This document shows, one piece after another, positions 29,491 through 39,525 of a stretch of 64,000 nt of DNA. Position 1 is the first letter of the stretch, and each line of letters begins with the position of its first letter. Source of the DNA: Oligoflexia bacterium (GTDB lineage Bacteria; Bdellovibrionota; UBA1018; CAIPTA01); assembly GCA_023954355.1 (NCBI GenBank), contig JAMLID010000001.1, positions 68,361 through 132,360 of the forward strand, read 5' to 3'. The translations under genes were made by a program, and so were the position numbers. Below the pieces are notes generated by a model. It was not told where the DNA came from, did no database searches, and saw only the letters and a program-made list of their open reading frames with translations.

Positions 29491-30609
29491 ATGATAAGTT
29501 TAATTATCATATATATAAAGCGAGTTTTGGCCGTATTTCGGCATCCCATGCGTTCAAGAGAGCGAGCGTCTAGGTATGGCACAAACTCAAAACAATCTTT
29601 TATAAAGGGTGGGGCTGAAGAGCTAGACCCTAATATAAGTGATGCTTTTGATGTCTCGTCAGCTGAAGGACTTCTTCAAGAAAAATGGCTAAGTGGCGAG
29701 CTTATGAAAGAAAGTATGCGCTTTGTTGCCAATCAAAGGTCTGTGCATACGCGTAGAGCTTACGAGGGCGATTTAAAACAGTTTATTGGTTATATAAGAG
29801 CCGAGAATGCCAGTGGAGAATCTTTTGATCTTTTAGTGAAGTATAGAGATTGGTTGGTGCGAGAAAAAGATAAAGGGGGGCTAGGCTTAAAGAGGGGGTC
29901 AGCAAACAGAAAATTTGCAACAGTTCGCTCGTTTCTTACATGGCTGCAATCAAGAGGAAAAATTCGTGAAAATCCGTCACTTTGGGTAAGAAATTTTAGA
30001 GCAAAGGTTGAATCTTCTACCCAGGGCTTTAGCGATTTCGAAGTTTCACGAATGCTTGAGATTCCGTCTCTACGTACGGATTCAGGTAGGATGCATTCTT
30101 TGATTTTGCATTTTTTGTTCTATATGGGTTTAAGAAGAAGTGAGTTAGTCGCTCTAAGAGCATCGAATATTGAGAGAGCGCGAGTGGGAGAGAATTTGGT
30201 TTTGACTCTAAGGATTCCTGGAAAAGGAGACAAAGAAAGAATTCTGCCGATTCCGGAAAAAGTAAAAGACCGCTTGTCACACTATATGGCTAAAAAAAGC
30301 CTAAGCATAGGAGAGGATGTGCCATTATTTTCGCCTGTGCGAAATAATATTACGGGTGTGAAAACAAAAGCGATAGATGCAACTGCTATATATTATATAG
30401 TTAAAAAGTATGCGACTTTAGCTGGGGTAGAAAGAAGGGTAAGTCCTCACTCATGTAGAGCGACTTGTATTTCTAATGCCTTAGACCATGCGGCCTCTCA
30501 TCGAGCCGTTCAAGAGTTAGCGGGTTGGAGTTCTCCTTTAATGATTGAGCGTTATGATAAGAGGCGCACAGCCTTACAAGACTCTGCCGTGCATGTTGTT
30601 GATTATTAG
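29491..30609 (+). CDS. Tyrosine site-specific recombinase (phage-integrase family)
   Basis: C-terminal catalytic signature ...HSCRATCISNALDHAASHRAVQELAGWSSPLMIERYD (R...HxxR...Y). N-terminal SAM-like core-binding region RRAYEGDLKQFIGYI. Start may be the internal Met at 29548. Confidence 0.8.
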   Translation: MISLIIIYIKRVLAVFRHPMRSRERASRYGTNSKQSFIKGGAEELDPNISDAFDVSSAEGLLQEKWLSGELMKESMRFVANQRSVHTRRAYEGDLKQFIGYIRAENASGESFDLLVKYRDWLVREKDKGGLGLKRGSANRKFATVRSFLTWLQSRGKIRENPSLWVRNFRAKVESSTQGFSDFEVSRMLEIPSLRTDSGRMHSLILHFLFYMGLRRSELVALRASNIERARVGENLVLTLRIPGKGDKERILPIPEKVKDRLSHYMAKKSLSIGEDVPLFSPVRNNITGVKTKAIDATAIYYIVKKYATLAGVERRVSPHSCRATCISNALDHAASHRAVQELAGWSSPLMIERYDKRRTALQDSAVHVVDY

Positions 30610-30825
30610 AGCTCGGGTTTTCTTATTTTATCTTTAGTTGAAGGCTATTTAGCGTTGCCGTTCCAACTAGTTTGTCAACTGTAGGACTATCAGATGCCTG
30701 CAGTGGGTAGAATGAAGTAATAAGCAGTGTAAAAATCGCGTTAACTATATTCATATAGTTTTTTTACAATGAGGCATGCGATTAGTAAACCGAAGCTAGG
30801 CGGCTTGCTTGGTTTTAATAAAGTA

Positions 30826-31653
30826 CTAGTAAAGTTTTCGGCTGTTTTCTTCTATCCAGTCTTTATGAGCTGGCACGCTTTCATAAAAAGGCTGCTCATT
30901 ATATCGGTAGCCTGATGCAATGCCTACTACATAAGCAGTGCCCTTAATTACAGCATAAGCGGGGCCACCAGAGTCGCCTCCAGCCATACCGCCAATATAT
31001 TTTTGATAATCTTCTATAGTGCGAATTACTTCTGGTCTTGCATATTCCATTTGTCCGCTTATAGGGTGCACTGCAGTTTTTACAGAAGTTTCAAAAGTGC
31101 GAAGAATTCTACTTCTTGGCTCACGTTTATCTCCCATGAAAAATATATTTCCATATCCTGCTAATAATAATTCGTGTTCCGTGCTTAGTTCTTCTAAGTT
31201 TAAAAGCATGGGTGCCGGTTTGAATTCTGTTGGTGCCGCGGCATTTAAACGAATAAGGGCGATGTCATGAACTTTTTTTGTAGGGCTTATTTCTTGCCCT
31301 TTAATGATATAGTCTTTATGTCTAACTAAATTTCTACCTTGTCTAGCTAAGTGTTCTACCCAATTCTCTCCGTCATAATTACCAAAATAAATGGTAAGAT
31401 CGGAAGCTGGATGATCGTTCCCTGTAGAAAAATCAACTACGCAATGGGCAGCAGTAAGTACAAGGGTTGGTGCTATTAGGGTTCCCGTGCATTGCCCGCG
31501 GCCTGTTTTTCGAAAGTGTTTTTGCAATACCATTACAGTGGATTGGCTTGCATATGATTGTGGCTCGGCTAGCTTGCCATTGATTAGAGCCATGGATTGT
31601 ATTGGGGCTAAAGAAAGAGTTAGGGCGAGTGCGATAGGAGATTTGATTTTCAT
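30826..31653 (-). CDS. Secreted trypsin-like serine protease (peptidase S1)
   Basis: TAAHC (His) and GDSGGP (Ser) motifs. Signal peptide. Confidence 0.85.
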   Translation of the reverse strand: MKIKSPIALALTLSLAPIQSMALINGKLAEPQSYASQSTVMVLQKHFRKTGRGQCTGTLIAPTLVLTAAHCVVDFSTGNDHPASDLTIYFGNYDGENWVEHLARQGRNLVRHKDYIIKGQEISPTKKVHDIALIRLNAAAPTEFKPAPMLLNLEELSTEHELLLAGYGNIFFMGDKREPRSRILRTFETSVKTAVHPISGQMEYARPEVIRTIEDYQKYIGGMAGGDSGGPAYAVIKGTAYVVGIASGYRYNEQPFYESVPAHKDWIEENSRKLY

Positions 31654-31764
31654 AAATTAGTTCCTCTAGATGGGCGAGTTTATTTTAATTGACTTATTTT
31701 GTCAACTAATTAAGGCGGGAATAGCTAATTACATGAATTTATTTGTGATTTTATTGAATTAAAG

Positions 31765-31784
31765 GAGGGCATATTCATGCCCTC
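31765..31784. terminator. Hairpin (gagggcat-attc-atgccctc) immediately 3' of minus-strand gene 31797-32294
   Basis: Perfect 8-bp stem. The flanking T/A runs are modest. Confidence 0.35.
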
Positions 31785-31796
31785 TCTAGTTTTTGC

Positions 31797-32294
31797 TTAG
31801 TAACGAATACCGCTATGATCTAAAAGGCAGTCTCTTTCTTCGTAACCGTTGCGTGAGGTAGCGCAGCAGTGTTTTGCCACTCGAGGTGGTGTAAGTAGAT
31901 CCATACAAAGAGCTTCGTTTACTTTCATCATTGTGTACTTCTTGCAGCCTTCAGCAACCACTGGAGGGGTCTGATTATAAATGCAGCGCTCTTCATTCGA
32001 ATAAGTTGAAGTATTGAAATAGCAGCTTTTTGTTACCGCTGGGTTAGAGCGAATTTTTTTGCAGAGGCGTTCTGCGCTATTGGTAGAGGTATACCGTTCG
32101 CAAGCGTTAGAGATAGGGTCTTTTCTATAGTGTCGATCCCCGCCGCCGCAGCCGCTATAGCAGGCTTCTTCGGTATAGATGTCTAATGACTGCTCTTCAG
32201 CTACTGTGAGCCCCGTCTTTTGATTGATTTTATTTTCTGCTTTTGCTGCATAGGGTAGGCTAAACAAAAGGCAGGCTAATAGAGCGAATTTCAT
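31797..32294 (-). CDS. Secreted cysteine-rich hypothetical protein
   Basis: Signal peptide. 16 Cys in 165 aa. Confidence 0.4.
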   Translation of the reverse strand: MKFALLACLLFSLPYAAKAENKINQKTGLTVAEEQSLDIYTEEACYSGCGGGDRHYRKDPISNACERYTSTNSAERLCKKIRSNPAVTKSCYFNTSTYSNEERCIYNQTPPVVAEGCKKYTMMKVNEALCMDLLTPPRVAKHCCATSRNGYEERDCLLDHSGIRY

Positions 32295-32524
32295 AGGGTT
32301 TCTCCTTTTAAGTCCATGGTCAAAATCTTAATTTGCTGCTGGGCATTCTTATACGTTGCGCACCACCTTCGTTCAAGGCTTTTCTCTATTTTTAAGAAAA
32401 ATTAAAAATACAGTAATTTCAATGATTTATATTGTTTTATAAGGAGCAAATCTGGAGAACTTTTCGACAGAGAGGGTGAAAAATATCATCTTGTGCAATG
32501 CGTAAAATCTAATAGAATAGAAGA

Positions 32525-33190
32525 ATGAATTTAGTTCTTTTTAGTGGAGGAGGAAAATCGATAAACAAAAGAATCCATCAAGAGATTTTATCGTTTTTTC
32601 CTTCAGACCAAAAAATTACATTAAGCTTTATTCCTGCAGAAGGTGATTTTGCCGAAGAGGATTTTGTAGAGTTTTGCCGATTTTTTTCTTTTCTAAAAGA
32701 GCGAGCAAAATTCCGATTGGTTTCCATCGACAGTGTATTAGGCTCCAAAGAAAGAAAAGCGCTTTTAAAAAGTGATGGCATTTTTTTAGGTGGTGGAAAT
32801 ACCTATCATCTCTTAAATAATCTGCAAAAAAATAAACTTATGTTGCCCTTAAAACAGTTTGCTAAAAAGAAGCTGCTTATGGGGTTATCTGCAGGAAGCA
32901 TTGTAATGACTCCTAATATTATGACTGCAGCAGTTCCTTCTTCTGAGAGTGACGATAATACAATTGGATTAAAGAAACTTTCTGCCATGAGTTTAGTGCC
33001 TTTTGAGTTTGCTCCTCACTACTATCGAGAAAGAAAATCGGATGAAGAAATTCTTGATTATTCAAAAACGCGTTCACATCCTATTTATGCTTGCTCTGAC
33101 GGCCAAGGAATCGTCGTAAGAAATGGAGCGATTCAATTTATTGGTGGAGTAAAAGTATTTCACAAAGGGCAGTCGTATCAATTTAATTAG
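32525..33190 (+). CDS. Peptidase S51 (dipeptidase E-like) family protein
   Basis: LFSGGG..., GIFLGGGNTYHLL and the nucleophile context GLSAGSIVM. Confidence 0.6.
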   Translation: MNLVLFSGGGKSINKRIHQEILSFFPSDQKITLSFIPAEGDFAEEDFVEFCRFFSFLKERAKFRLVSIDSVLGSKERKALLKSDGIFLGGGNTYHLLNNLQKNKLMLPLKQFAKKKLLMGLSAGSIVMTPNIMTAAVPSSESDDNTIGLKKLSAMSLVPFEFAPHYYRERKSDEEILDYSKTRSHPIYACSDGQGIVVRNGAIQFIGGVKVFHKGQSYQFN

Positions 33191-33669
33191 TAATTGATCT
33201 CGGCTAGCAGCGCTTCGATTAAAGCACTGCAGTGATTGTTCAAATTTTCGTATAATAATTCGAATGCGGCAAAGTCTTTCCCAATTGGGTCTGGAATCTC
33301 TTGAGCATTTTCTGTGCTTAAAATGCTGCCGAAAAGTTGAATTTTACTATTTTGCTCTTTTGAAGCGGATAGATCGATTAGCTTTTTATATATTTCATTA
33401 TCCATTGCGAAGATTAAATCATTTTCTTCTAAGTCAATTAACTTGGTGATTCGGCTTTTACCAATTAGAGCGATTCCTTCACGTTCGCATATTTTTTGAA
33501 TGAACGGGTGATAGTCTTTGCCCTCTAATTCTGGCACGAATCCAGATGAATCTATGGAAACATTTTGCTCTAAAGCGTTTTCAAGTACTAAACGATTAAG
33601 AATAGCATGAGCTAAGGGAGATCTACATAAATTACCCTCACAAACGAAGAGGATTTTTATTTTATTCAT
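33187..33669 (-). CDS. Low-molecular-weight protein-tyrosine phosphatase
   Basis: P-loop ILFVCEGNLCRSPLAHAIL (CX5R(S)). Confidence 0.8.
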   Translation of the reverse strand: MNKIKILFVCEGNLCRSPLAHAILNRLVLENALEQNVSIDSSGFVPELEGKDYHPFIQKICEREGIALIGKSRITKLIDLEENDLIFAMDNEIYKKLIDLSASKEQNSKIQLFGSILSTENAQEIPDPIGKDFAAFELLYENLNNHCSALIEALLAEINY

Positions 33670-34624
33670 TTTTTAATCCTAGCTCATTTAGTAATGCTTG
33701 AATCACTTGTATTTGCTTGCCGCGATTTGTAGCAAAATTTTCATCTGTATATCCAAGCCAGTCCCAGCATCCATTAGGATTTTTGCTAGTTTTTAAAATT
33801 TGTGGATAAAGAATTACAACGCCAAGCGACTCTGCGATAGCGTTATAGCCAGCGTTTTTCACAAATTTTGTTCCAATAAATTCAGGAGACATCTGGCATC
33901 CATGAAACGCAATGTGAAGCGCACATGTGGTATTGGCGCATTTTTTTGGCAGATAGAGGTAGAAATAGGGGGCAATGCCAGAATCTTTAATGATTGGAGT
34001 AAAGTTATATATTTTTAAATTTTTACTTGAAGGCTTTTCTAATTCTTCAGGTAAAGAACCATAAAAATAGGTGAGAATTTTTTCTGCTGCACTAAAGCCG
34101 CATTGGTTAATCCAAGGAGATGCGCTTTTATTGCATTTATTTCCATATTGTTTTGTTGGGAATCCATGCCCCATATTAGGCACTATTGATGTTGTAATTT
34201 GAGCTTCATCTACTAAAGCTTGGTAGAGTTCTTTGGTCTTTTCTACCGCACTAGATTTAACTACAGTGTCTGCCTCTCCATGCAGGAGGAGTATTTTATC
34301 GTTTCTTAAATTTTGAGTAGGTGCAATTAAATCTGTTTTTTCATAATCTCTAAGTTTTGTAAGTAGCTCATGTGTGTTGATTTTTTCTGGCTCGCTCATG
34401 CAATGAGAGATGCCGTGCTCTAAAGAGCCCTTGGAACACCAAAAAGGCCCACCGGCAATGGCAGATGAGCCAGTGATTATATTTGATAACGCAATATGTG
34501 TCTGAATGGCCATAAAAGCGCCAGATGAGATGCCGGATACTGTAGTTTTTTCTTGGTGAATTTGAATTTTAGGAAGTGGTTCTGCAATTGCTGCAACTGT
34601 CAAAAGTAGGGAGAGGATAAACAT
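33662..34624 (-). CDS. Secreted alpha/beta-hydrolase esterase, PHB-depolymerase-like family
   Basis: Signal peptide. GISSGAFMA (GxSxG) near the N-terminus and LHIAFHGCQ...NPNGCWDWLGY near the C-terminus. Its 3' end overlaps the LMW-PTP gene start by 8 nt. Confidence 0.55.
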   Translation of the reverse strand: MFILSLLLTVAAIAEPLPKIQIHQEKTTVSGISSGAFMAIQTHIALSNIITGSSAIAGGPFWCSKGSLEHGISHCMSEPEKINTHELLTKLRDYEKTDLIAPTQNLRNDKILLLHGEADTVVKSSAVEKTKELYQALVDEAQITTSIVPNMGHGFPTKQYGNKCNKSASPWINQCGFSAAEKILTYFYGSLPEELEKPSSKNLKIYNFTPIIKDSGIAPYFYLYLPKKCANTTCALHIAFHGCQMSPEFIGTKFVKNAGYNAIAESLGVVILYPQILKTSKNPNGCWDWLGYTDENFATNRGKQIQVIQALLNELGLKNE

Positions 34625-34721
34625 GAAAAAGGTTTAACATTTTGCACGAATAGCGGCAAGAAAACCTAAAAATGTTTTCTATTTTGAGGTATGGTTCACG
34701 TTAAGGGAAAGAGAGAACCAT

Positions 34722-37316
34722 ATGAGTAAAAATCCACAACCCATATACCTAAAAGATTATCGAGCGCCTTTATTTGCGATTAAGTCTATTGATTTAGTTT
34801 TCGATTTATTTGAAGACTACACAAATGTGAGTTCTACTTTAAAAGTAGAAAGAATCGGAGAGCATAAAGAGTCGTTATTTCTAAACGGACAAAGCCTAGA
34901 GCTTACAAGTATTAAGCTAGATGGCAACGATAGTCTTAATTACGATTCTGATGAAAAAGGATTGTTTGTCCATGACCTACCTAAAACATTTACCTTAGAG
35001 ATTGGTACAAAAATTAAGCCTCAAGAAAATCTCAGTCTTGAAGGGCTTTATAAATCAGGCGGTATGTTTTGTACTCAATGTGAATCAGAGGGATTTCGAA
35101 AAATCACGTATTACCCAGATCGTCCCGACGTGATGAGTGTATATACGACAACGATTATTGCAGATAAGAAGCGATATCCTATTTTATTATCAAATGGTAA
35201 TCTTCTCGAAAAGAAAGATGTGAGTGATGATCGCCATTTAGCAAAATGGAATGATCCGTTTAAAAAGCCTGCTTACTTGTTTGCTTTAGTCGCTGGTGAC
35301 TTGGGGATGATCTCCGATCATTTTATAACTCGTTCGGGTCGAAAAGTTCGCTTAGAGATATATGTAGATAAAGGTAATGAAGATAGAGCTGGCCATGCCA
35401 TGGAATCATTAAAAAAATCCATGAAGTGGGACGAAGAGGTTTATGGCTTAGAATATGACCTAGATATTTTCATGATAGTTGGGGTTAATGATTTCAATTT
35501 TGGTGCGATGGAAAATAAGGGACTAAATATTTTTAACGCCAATTATGTATTAGCCAAGCCAACAACGGCAACTGATACAGACTACCAAGCAATCGAGGGC
35601 GTAGTAGGGCATGAGTATTTTCATAACTGGACAGGCAATAGAGTTACTTGCCGAGATTGGTTTCAGCTTTCTTTAAAAGAAGGATTAACCGTATATAGAG
35701 ACCAAGAATTTAGTGCTGATATGACATCTCGAGCAGTTTGCAGAATCTCTGATGCGAACTCATTGCGTATTGGACAATATCCCGAAGATGCTGGTCCAAT
35801 GGCGCATCCGATTCGTCCTACAAGTTATATTGAAATAAATAACTTTTATACTGCGACAGTATACTCAAAGGGGGCAGAAGTTATTCGGATGATTGCTACC
35901 TTGTTGGGTAAAGAGGGATTCAGAAAAGGAATTGATAAATATTTTGAATTATTTGATGGCCAGGCTGTCACTACGGAAGATTTTGTTCATGCTATGGAAG
36001 TGGCTAACGGGGTTGATCTCACTCAATTTCGAGAAAGCTGGTATAATCAAGCAGGAACACCAAAAATTAAAGTGAACACAAATTTTGATGCTAGTAAAAA
36101 AACTTTACAAGTAAAGCTAGAACAATCTTGTCCCCCAACTCCTGGGCAACCCGTAAAGAAACCGTTTCATATTCCGTTTAAAATGGCTTTATTTACCAAT
36201 AACGGTCATAAGGCTCATGAACGTTTGATTGAGTTGAAAGAATCTGTGAGTGAGCTCAAATTCGATGGAGTAGAGTCTAAGCCAGCTTTATCTTTGCTTC
36301 GTGATTTTTCAGCTCCAGTGACGATAGATTATTCGTATACGCGAGAAGAACTCTTTACCTTATTACGATACGATGATGATCCCTTTGCTAGATGGGAGGC
36401 AGGGCAAGCTTTTGCTTTAACTCTTTTATCTGAATTAATTAGTAAACACGTAAAGGGTGAAGAGTTAGCCACTGATGAAGAATTTATTAGTGTTATGGGA
36501 AAAATGGCGAGTGATGAAAAAATTGACTACGCATTTAGAGCCCAATTATTAACTTTGCCCGAAGAGGGGTATGTTGGGCAGAGACAAGCAACAATCATTG
36601 TGGATTCAGTTCATGATTCTTTATCTTTTTTGGGAAAAGAAATGGCAAAGAAAAACGAAAAGAATTTTTTATCTGTATATGAAAGTTTGGCTAAAAATAT
36701 TGCCTATGAGTATAGCTCAGAGCAGATGGGCAAACGAGCGCTTAAGTCAGTATTGCTGAGATACTTAATGAAGGTAGAGAAGGAAGAATATTTAAACACC
36801 GCTCTTCAACAGTTAAAAACGGCTAATAATATGACAGATGAAATTTCAGCTCTTCGCGCTTTGAGCGAAGTTGACTGTGAGCAAAAAGAAGAAGCTACCC
36901 AACATTTTTATGAAAAGTGGAAAAACGATACTCTAGTGATGAATAAATGGTTAGGCATACAGGCGATTTCTCCTCTGCCAGGGGCTTTAGATAGAGTTCA
37001 GCGCTTGATGCAAGATCCGGTGTTTAATATCAACAATCCAAATAAGGTTTATTCTCTGCTCTATAGTTTTGGTCGAGCAAATCATAAGCAATTTCATTCT
37101 TTAGATGGCAAGGCTTATGCTTTTATGACCGAAGTTTTATTAGATATCGATACAAGAAACTCTAGTGTTGCATCACGATTGGTATCGCTTTTTAATCAGT
37201 GGAAGAGATATGACCTAAAAAGACAAGAGCTTATGAAAAAGCAGTTAGAGAAAATTGTCGCTCACAAGGGTGTTTCAGCAGGTGTTTATGAGATTGCTTC
37301 GAAAGCATTATTGTAA
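34722..37316 (+). CDS. pepN: Aminopeptidase N (peptidase M1)
   Basis: GAMEN exopeptidase motif. HEYFHNWTGN...18aa...E zinc site. 864 aa. Confidence 0.9.
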   Translation: MSKNPQPIYLKDYRAPLFAIKSIDLVFDLFEDYTNVSSTLKVERIGEHKESLFLNGQSLELTSIKLDGNDSLNYDSDEKGLFVHDLPKTFTLEIGTKIKPQENLSLEGLYKSGGMFCTQCESEGFRKITYYPDRPDVMSVYTTTIIADKKRYPILLSNGNLLEKKDVSDDRHLAKWNDPFKKPAYLFALVAGDLGMISDHFITRSGRKVRLEIYVDKGNEDRAGHAMESLKKSMKWDEEVYGLEYDLDIFMIVGVNDFNFGAMENKGLNIFNANYVLAKPTTATDTDYQAIEGVVGHEYFHNWTGNRVTCRDWFQLSLKEGLTVYRDQEFSADMTSRAVCRISDANSLRIGQYPEDAGPMAHPIRPTSYIEINNFYTATVYSKGAEVIRMIATLLGKEGFRKGIDKYFELFDGQAVTTEDFVHAMEVANGVDLTQFRESWYNQAGTPKIKVNTNFDASKKTLQVKLEQSCPPTPGQPVKKPFHIPFKMALFTNNGHKAHERLIELKESVSELKFDGVESKPALSLLRDFSAPVTIDYSYTREELFTLLRYDDDPFARWEAGQAFALTLLSELISKHVKGEELATDEEFISVMGKMASDEKIDYAFRAQLLTLPEEGYVGQRQATIIVDSVHDSLSFLGKEMAKKNEKNFLSVYESLAKNIAYEYSSEQMGKRALKSVLLRYLMKVEKEEYLNTALQQLKTANNMTDEISALRALSEVDCEQKEEATQHFYEKWKNDTLVMNKWLGIQAISPLPGALDRVQRLMQDPVFNINNPNKVYSLLYSFGRANHKQFHSLDGKAYAFMTEVLLDIDTRNSSVASRLVSLFNQWKRYDLKRQELMKKQLEKIVAHKGVSAGVYEIASKALL

Positions 37317-38325
37317 GATATTAAGTGCTTTTTCGATTGGGCTCTTTTTTTCGTGTACATCGGTGGATAGTGACCGAAATACGAATTTTGCTCAGCCTTT
37401 ATTTGAGACTCAGGTCGACTTTACACCTTACACCTATCAGCAACGAGATCGTGTTTTATTGAGAGAGAAAGCCTTCTTTGATCGTCGGTTAAAAACATTT
37501 AAAGATGAGATGGCAGATCTGCAAGCGCAGAGAAATAAAATTTATTTAGATATTCAAAAAAATTTCCCTGATTGTGAAAACCACAAACACTGTATGTCAC
37601 AGCTATCTAAAGGGTCAGTTGCGAGATTTGAACGCTACAGTGCGTATTTGGAAATATTGCGAAAATACGATGCGAAGCTTGTTGTTTTAGAGGATCGTAT
37701 TCAGTTGCTTGAAAGAACTAGAAAAATGCGTGAAAGAGCTGTCTATAATCGATATCTAGTTCATGAGTTTATAAATGTTGCTTTAGAGTCGGATAGAATC
37801 TCTAGTATTCGAGTGCACTCTTTAGAGGCGTTTGATTTAAGAAGGCAAGCATCTCATGCGCTTTTTCGGTTTGTAGATACACCAACACTATTACCGGCAC
37901 AGGCTGCGGATTTAGATTTTCGCATGTTTGGTCTTCCTATAGATGAAGGGTCAGTAATTGCAACCTATGATGTACATATTGCATCTGATCCTTTTAGAAG
38001 AATTGAGCCTGTTCGATTTATTGTTTCTTTTCTTGTAAATATGCAGCAGATAGATACCTTTGCGTATCAAAGACATTTCAGGTCATATTGGGCAAGAAAA
38101 TTACTGGAGCCTGGTTTAGATGGTCTTATGAATGATGCTTTTTGTGGTTTTTATTCTATTGCGAGCAATTCGATTGTATCTCGTCTGCAGCCATCGAAAG
38201 TTTCAAAATGTTCTGGACGTAGAACGTTTATTCAAAATAGTAGAGGTGTGAATATTTATGCTAATACCGACTATTGGATGTTGCCGTTAGGGTTTCAAAT
38301 TATTCACGATAAAGATGTAAAATGA
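37255..38325 (+). CDS. Putative lipoprotein, hypothetical
   Basis: Lipobox-like GLFFSC after a hydrophobic stretch. Start uncertain (overlaps the pepN 3' end). Confidence 0.35.
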   Translation: MSLTRVFQQVFMRLLRKHYCKILSAFSIGLFFSCTSVDSDRNTNFAQPLFETQVDFTPYTYQQRDRVLLREKAFFDRRLKTFKDEMADLQAQRNKIYLDIQKNFPDCENHKHCMSQLSKGSVARFERYSAYLEILRKYDAKLVVLEDRIQLLERTRKMRERAVYNRYLVHEFINVALESDRISSIRVHSLEAFDLRRQASHALFRFVDTPTLLPAQAADLDFRMFGLPIDEGSVIATYDVHIASDPFRRIEPVRFIVSFLVNMQQIDTFAYQRHFRSYWARKLLEPGLDGLMNDAFCGFYSIASNSIVSRLQPSKVSKCSGRRTFIQNSRGVNIYANTDYWMLPLGFQIIHDKDVK

Positions 38326-38987
38326 AAAAAGCCATATTTTTTGTTTTCGTTTTAGGAGGTTTCATGAGCTGTGCAGGTGTAAATCAGTATCCAGATCATT
38401 GGTGGCAAAAAGAAGAAGAATCAACTAGGGCAGTTTGGGAAATTCTTCCGCAATCGGCGAATAGAGAAAAAGGTGAAGTTATTTTATCAAAAAGAAACGA
38501 GCTGGGATGTTTGTCTAATTTTGCGGCTACTCCCTTTGTTTTTAGAGATAAAAAATATGCTAGCATGGAAGGCTTTTGGCAAATGATGAAGTATCCAGAA
38601 GGTGTTGATGATCCAAGAAATATTGCTCCGGGTGTGAAATGGGATCACACAAGAGAAGAAGTTGCCCAAATGACCGGTTTTGATGCTCATGCGGCAGGTG
38701 TAAAGGCTGAAAAAAATATGGAAATTTTAGGGATTGATTGGATTTCTTTTGAGGGCGAAAGAATGAGATTTAAGTCTGATCCAACAGATATCCAACGACA
38801 TTACGATTTAATTTTTGGAGCGACCAAGGCGAAGGTAGAGCAGAATGAAGAAGTAAAAATGGTTTTGCTTTCTACTGGAGGTTTAAAACTATTGCCTGAT
38901 CACTTTGAAGATAAAGACGGTACTATTTCTTGGAAGTATTACGATATTCATATGAAGATTAGAGAACAAATAAAAAAACCTCTCTAG
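38322..38987 (+). CDS. Secreted/lipoprotein NADAR-domain (YbiA-like) protein
   Basis: Signal peptide with lipobox (GGFMSC). LSNFAATPFVFRDKKYASMEGFWQMMKY matches the NADAR core LSNF..PF...G..Y.S.E...Q..K. Confidence 0.5.
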   Translation: MKKAIFFVFVLGGFMSCAGVNQYPDHWWQKEEESTRAVWEILPQSANREKGEVILSKRNELGCLSNFAATPFVFRDKKYASMEGFWQMMKYPEGVDDPRNIAPGVKWDHTREEVAQMTGFDAHAAGVKAEKNMEILGIDWISFEGERMRFKSDPTDIQRHYDLIFGATKAKVEQNEEVKMVLLSTGGLKLLPDHFEDKDGTISWKYYDIHMKIREQIKKPL

Positions 38988-39004
38988 CGAGAGGTTTTTT
39001 ATTA
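38976..39004. terminator. Rho-independent bidirectional terminator
   Basis: aaacctctc-tagc-gagaggtttttt. Confidence 0.6.
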
Positions 39005-39021
39005 TTTTTGCTTTCTTTTGT

Positions 39022-39525
39022 TTATTGACAAAGGCCAGCAGAGCGGAATTTTTCGATTAGGCTCAATTGAGCTTTTAAATCTTTGCTCCAAATAGACATT
39101 AAGTTTTCTCCAACTTTAATTGCATAGAATCCAGTGTCTGAAGCAATGTCGCAATATTCGTCACTTATATGCGCAGAACAAATTCTGTTATTTTGAAGCT
39201 CTCTTTTTTGTGCAAGAAGAGCATCTAGGTCTTTTGTCCATGCTCCAAAGGTATCGCCATTTTTAGTTATCGCATAAAATCCAGAGTCAAATTTGATTCC
39301 ACAAGCAGGAATCCCCGGACGTACAGGGCGCTGTGGAATAGCACGACACTCACGATCAGTGCTAAGCCTTAAGTCGTCTAGAGCGCCCATAAGCATGGGG
39401 CGGTATTTTTGAGGGATATTATTTTGAACAATATTTTCTAGTTTTTGGATGTCACTTTCTACGCCAGCAAAAGCTGAAGCGGATAAAGATAGTGCTAGTA
39501 AGCAAAGGGTTGTTATGGTTTTCAT
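39022..39525 (-). CDS. Secreted hypothetical protein with two internal repeats
   Basis: Signal peptide. Repeated GFYAI(T/K)..G..........W(T/S)KDL(D/K)A.L motif. Confidence 0.4.
   Translation of the reverse strand: MKTITTLCLLALSLSASAFAGVESDIQKLENIVQNNIPQKYRPMLMGALDDLRLSTDRECRAIPQRPVRPGIPACGIKFDSGFYAITKNGDTFGAWTKDLDALLAQKRELQNNRICSAHISDEYCDIASDTGFYAIKVGENLMSIWSKDLKAQLSLIEKFRSAGLCQ

Noticed and set aside
30610-30825. Possible attachment site or tRNA 3' of the tyrosine recombinase gene.
   Set aside because: No tRNA-like structure or obvious direct repeat matching sequence 5' of the gene was found by eye. It cannot be resolved without genome-wide comparison.
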